Source of the DNA: Eledone cirrhosa
Taxonomy: Eukaryota
DNA length: 64,000 bases
Direction: 5' to 3'
Assembly (NCBI GenBank): GCA_964016885.1
Contig: OZ024754.1
Coordinates: 44,826,001-44,890,000, forward strand
Shown: positions 60,101-64,000 of the stretch, in pieces
Position numbering within the stretch: the first letter of the stretch is position 1
Layout of the letters: each line of letters begins with the position of its first letter
The notes under the pieces: generated by a model
Told to the model about the DNA's origin: nothing
The model's database searches: none
What the model saw: only the letters and a program-made list of their open reading frames with translations
Position numbers and translations under genes: made by a program

Positions 60101-60308
60101 TACTGTATAACCCTGTACTGTATAGCCCTGTACTGTATAACCCTGTACTGTATAGCCCTGTACTGTATAGCCCTGTACTGTATAACCCTGTACTGTATAG
60201 CCCTGTACTGTATAGCACTGTACTGTATAACCCTGTACTGTATAACCCTGTACTGTATAGCACTGTACTGTATAGCCCTGTACTGTATAACCCTGTACTG
60301 TATAGCCC
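57113..60308. repeat. 15-bp satellite, about 213 copies, in EML intron 1
   Basis: Unit ccctg-tactg-tataa/tatag; variants cactg, tgtaa, cgtaa, taatc. Confidence 0.98.
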
Positions 60309-60585
60309 AGAATGTTTTAAACCTCACTGATGGGCGAAACCTGATGACGAGCCTAGAATGAATTAGTTACCTGTTCTTAAGTTCTTGTTATCAGTAGATA
60401 AATTCTTTCAGTATACGAATGTTTGTGAGTGTGTGTGAAACTGTTTACTATCTCGATTATGTCTCGTATATTCTTCTATACCTACAACTAGTATTCATTG
60501 CTGTCCCATTCAACAGGTGGTTGTCAAATAGATCCATACAGCCGCTACATCCAGACCCTAGTATAAGAATAGAATAACATTAAGA

Positions 60586-60633
<48 letters not shown>

Positions 60634-60651
60634 ATGTCAACATGAATGGAT

Positions 60652-60824
60652 CTGTTATTTTTATCTAACCCCGCCCATCCATCCAATCTGTCTTATCTCT
60701 CATTCTTCTGATGAAGGACTAGCGTCCAAAACGTTAAGACCCTCTTCCTACTATTTCAAGCATTAACCTAATATATCCCTTCCATATACTGTACCGATTG
60801 TGTTGTTATTTCTGTTTACCTTTT

Positions 60825-60826
<2 letters not shown>
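60652..60826 (+). mobile_element. Family P1 copy in EML intron 1
   Basis: ctgatga-a-ggac/tagc/gtcc-aaaac plus shared tail ...ccatatactgtaccgattgtgttgttatttctgtttacctttta. Confidence 0.6.
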
Positions 60827-60865
<39 letters not shown>

Positions 60866-60870
<5 letters not shown>

Positions 60871-60995
60871 GGAACGAGTAGGACCCCGACGGCTTGAGCT
60901 TAGCCGTCGGAGTCCTACTCGTTCCTATTACCCACTCTACTACCCTAAGTATTGAGTACTTTGGTGCGTTATGGTCCACCTGGTTCCTTACCACA
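60866..60995 (+). mobile_element. Family P2 repeat with 29-bp fold-back; other copies at 23988-24100, 49770-49910, 52810-52933, 56569-56648
   Basis: Shared tail ttaccmactctactac...gagtactctggtgcgttatggtccacctggtttcttaccac. The 49.8 kb locus has only the upstream part. Confidence 0.7.
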
Positions 60996-61004
60996 TTTCC
61001 TTCG

Positions 61005-61057
<53 letters not shown>

Positions 61058-61216
61058 TTAAAATAACAGATTAAAGTTTAAGCAAAGAATTGCTGCTTTT
61101 GCCCTTAATGGGATCTTCTGAAACTCTATTTGCTCGATGGTTTTATATATTTTGATATATATTTATCCTTATCGAGCCCTCTTCGGATTTTAGTCTTCAC
61201 ATTTATTATTATTACC

Positions 61217-61251
<35 letters not shown>

Positions 61252-62392
61252 GCTGCTACAGTGAAGAAGAGTGACATGTTAAGCTGTATTTCACTGTCCA
61301 GTTCTGCAATGGCAGTATGTGGGTAATCAATATATGTTGGGTGGGGTCATTATAGATTTGAGTGGCAGATAACAGGCCAGGACACGTCAGTTCTATAATT
61401 ATCATATATCATCATCATCATCATCATCACTGTCATACTCATCAGAAAATATTCAATATTATCAATACTCTCTTCATAACCATCACCATCATCATCACCA
61501 TTATCATTTCCATCAATACTATCTTCATAACCATCATCATCATCATCACCACCATTACCATCAATACTATCTTCATAACCATCATCATCATCATCACCAC
61601 CATTACCATCAATACTATCTTCATAACCATCATCATCATCACCACCATTACCATCAATACTATCTTCATAACCATCATCATCATCGTCATCACCATCACC
61701 ATCATCTCCATCACCATCACCATCAATACTATCTCCATAACCATCACCATCACCATCACCACCATCACCACCAATACTGTCTCCTTAACCATCACCATCA
61801 CCACCATCACCATCATAACCATCACCATTTCCGTCATTATCATCATTATTGTCATTACTATCATCATCATCATTATGACCATCATTATCATCACCCCCAT
61901 CATCGTTATTATTACCATCAACATTATCATTACCCCCAAGATATATCTGGTACCCTAATATCTCTCAAATAACCACCTTCGATAGCAAGATTTTAACTGA
62001 AAATGTAGACATTCTAAAAATATCCCCCAAGGTATATCTGGTACATTAACAAGTCTGCCAATTTAGCACCATTGTAATAATTAACTTTATAAAAAAACAA
62101 CTCTTCCCTGACTGTATTCTGACCAGATCTGAGCAGATGTAAATCAACATACTTCATCAGATGGAAAATATTGCTAGAGCTTTAATTAGCCAAGAAAAAC
62201 TTGATCAGGTTTAATCTGACAAGTGTCAGCATCTGTCTTAACGATCGATACATATAAGGAATGTTGTTGGTGGGGGTGGGGACACAGGTACTGTTGTTGT
62301 TGTTGTTGTTGTTTCAATGTTATTAAATTAACTTTTGAGATTGTCTGATTAAATCACCCCCACTCTGCTTATAAAACTTCAAAACCTATGGT

Positions 62393-62480
62393 TTAACCCT
62401 TTAGCATTTAAACCGGTCATATCCAGCCAGAATTCTCTCACCTCTTTCTGTTCAAACCGGCTACAACTGGCCACTCATAC
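62393..62480 (+). mobile_element. Possible piggyBac-like MITE end
   Basis: TTAA|CCCTTTAGCATTTAAACCGG... No partner end seen. Confidence 0.35.
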
Positions 62481-62532
62481 TTATGTTAAAGTTTTGTTCT
62501 CAAAATAAATAAAATCAAAATCTTATAGATTT

Positions 62533-63031
<499 letters not shown>

Positions 63032-63467
63032 TGATTAAAAATATATTTTTTTTACTTATATTTCTGTCTAGAGTTTCTAATTTGATACATTTCTATGGAG
63101 ACATTGAGTCTAGATTTAACAATCTTACATCTGTCATCCCTTCTCTCCCTCCATTGTAACTCTATTACTAATGCTCACTCTTACATCTGTCAACCCCTCC
63201 CCTCAATTTAATGTAACAAATACCAAATCTTATATTTGTCAACCGCCTCTCAGGGCTTCCAAGAGAAATTTTACAATGCGGTACAAGACCCTTTGGGGCT
63301 CAAAGCAGGCAAAGTACTGGCTGGTCACCCTCCCTCCTCTCATAGTCGCAGCTTCCCCTTCACTCTAATGTAACTACTATTAATACTAACCCTTACATCT
63401 GTCACCCCTCCTCTCACTAAATGTAACAACTAGTTATAGTATATTTTTGTTTTCCATGTTATATTAG

Positions 63468-63566
63468 AGACTGGTCTCTGTAGGGACTGACCCTCAGGCC
63501 ACCATTAACGTCTGGGAGTGGAAGAAAGGAAAGGTCATAGCAACAACCAGAGGTCACAATGACAGA
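63468..63566 (+). CDS. EML6: EML5/6-like coding exon 3 (absent from the ORF track)
   Basis: Acceptor atattag|AGA. 99 nt translating RLVSVGTDPQATINVWEWKKGKVIATTRGHNDR (WD40 repeat). Donor |GTAAGT at 63567, phase 0. Confidence 0.93.
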
Positions 63567-63650
63567 GTAAGTATTTTTCTAAATTTTTTTAGGATTTCTT
63601 TTGTTTTTTTTTTGTTTTTGCAGTTTTAATGATTGTTTTTGAATTTGCAG

Positions 63651-63905
63651 GTGTTCGACATCCAGTTCAATATCTTTGAAGAGAATACAATTGTCAGTTG
63701 TGGTGTGAAACATATCAAATTCTGGGATCTATGTGGCAATTCCCTTCAAGCCAAGAAAGGAATATTTGGTAAAACTGGTGAAATCCAAACTATGCTATGT
63801 CTGGCATTCAGTCCAGATCAGATTACTTATGCTGGGACTCTGTCTGGAGACATTTATATTTGGAAAGGAAGTCATTTATATAACACTATCCCTGATATAC
63901 ATCAG
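63651..63905 (+). CDS. EML6: EML5/6-like coding exon 4; gene continues beyond the window
   Basis: Acceptor tttgcag|GTG. 255 nt translating VFDIQFNIFEENTIVSCGVKHIKFWDLCGNSLQAKKGIFGKTGEIQTMLCLAF...YAGTLSGDIYIWKG...DIHQ. Donor CAG|GTAAG at 63906. Confidence 0.95.
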
Positions 63906-64000
63906 GTAAGATAATAGTCCTTTTTTAGGGGGTTATTTATTTCATTATCAACTGGAGACAATGAAGGTTTCAGGGGACTTTGCAGTTTGGAAACATGTGA

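Noticed and set aside
57049-60330. 1092-aa and 1077-aa ORFs on opposite strands
   Set aside because: Read-through of a 15-bp satellite (length divisible by 3) inside a GT-AG intron, with no unique coding flanks.
60326-60358. ctgatgggcgaaacctgatgacg as a hammerhead
   Set aside because: Core motifs are not arranged around a pairable stem II.

Overview
Eukaryotic, AT-rich, microsatellite-saturated DNA with octopod-type tRNA-derived SINEs; most likely an octopus genome (inferred from recalled repeat families, not from a search). The only well-supported gene is the 5' end of an EML5/EML6-like WD40 microtubule-associated protein: + strand, four coding exons at 56222-63905, all introns GT-AG, continuing past the window end. 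Almost all other ORFs in the track are simple-repeat or satellite read-through. The rest is SINEs, decayed LINE 3' ends (RTE-like, Tx1/L1-like, R4/Dong-like), hAT and Tc1/mariner-type MITEs and remnants, Penelope-like LTR fragments and large minisatellites (48, 46 and 15 bp units). Most notable: (1) two clusters of retro-like elements separated by (CATA)n, with orientable members on the CATA strand, suggesting a microsatellite-targeting R4/Dong-like system with non-autonomous partners; (2) dispersed repeats with minimal hammerhead-ribozyme cores and copy-specific fold-back hairpins. Repeat boundaries are by eye and approximate.
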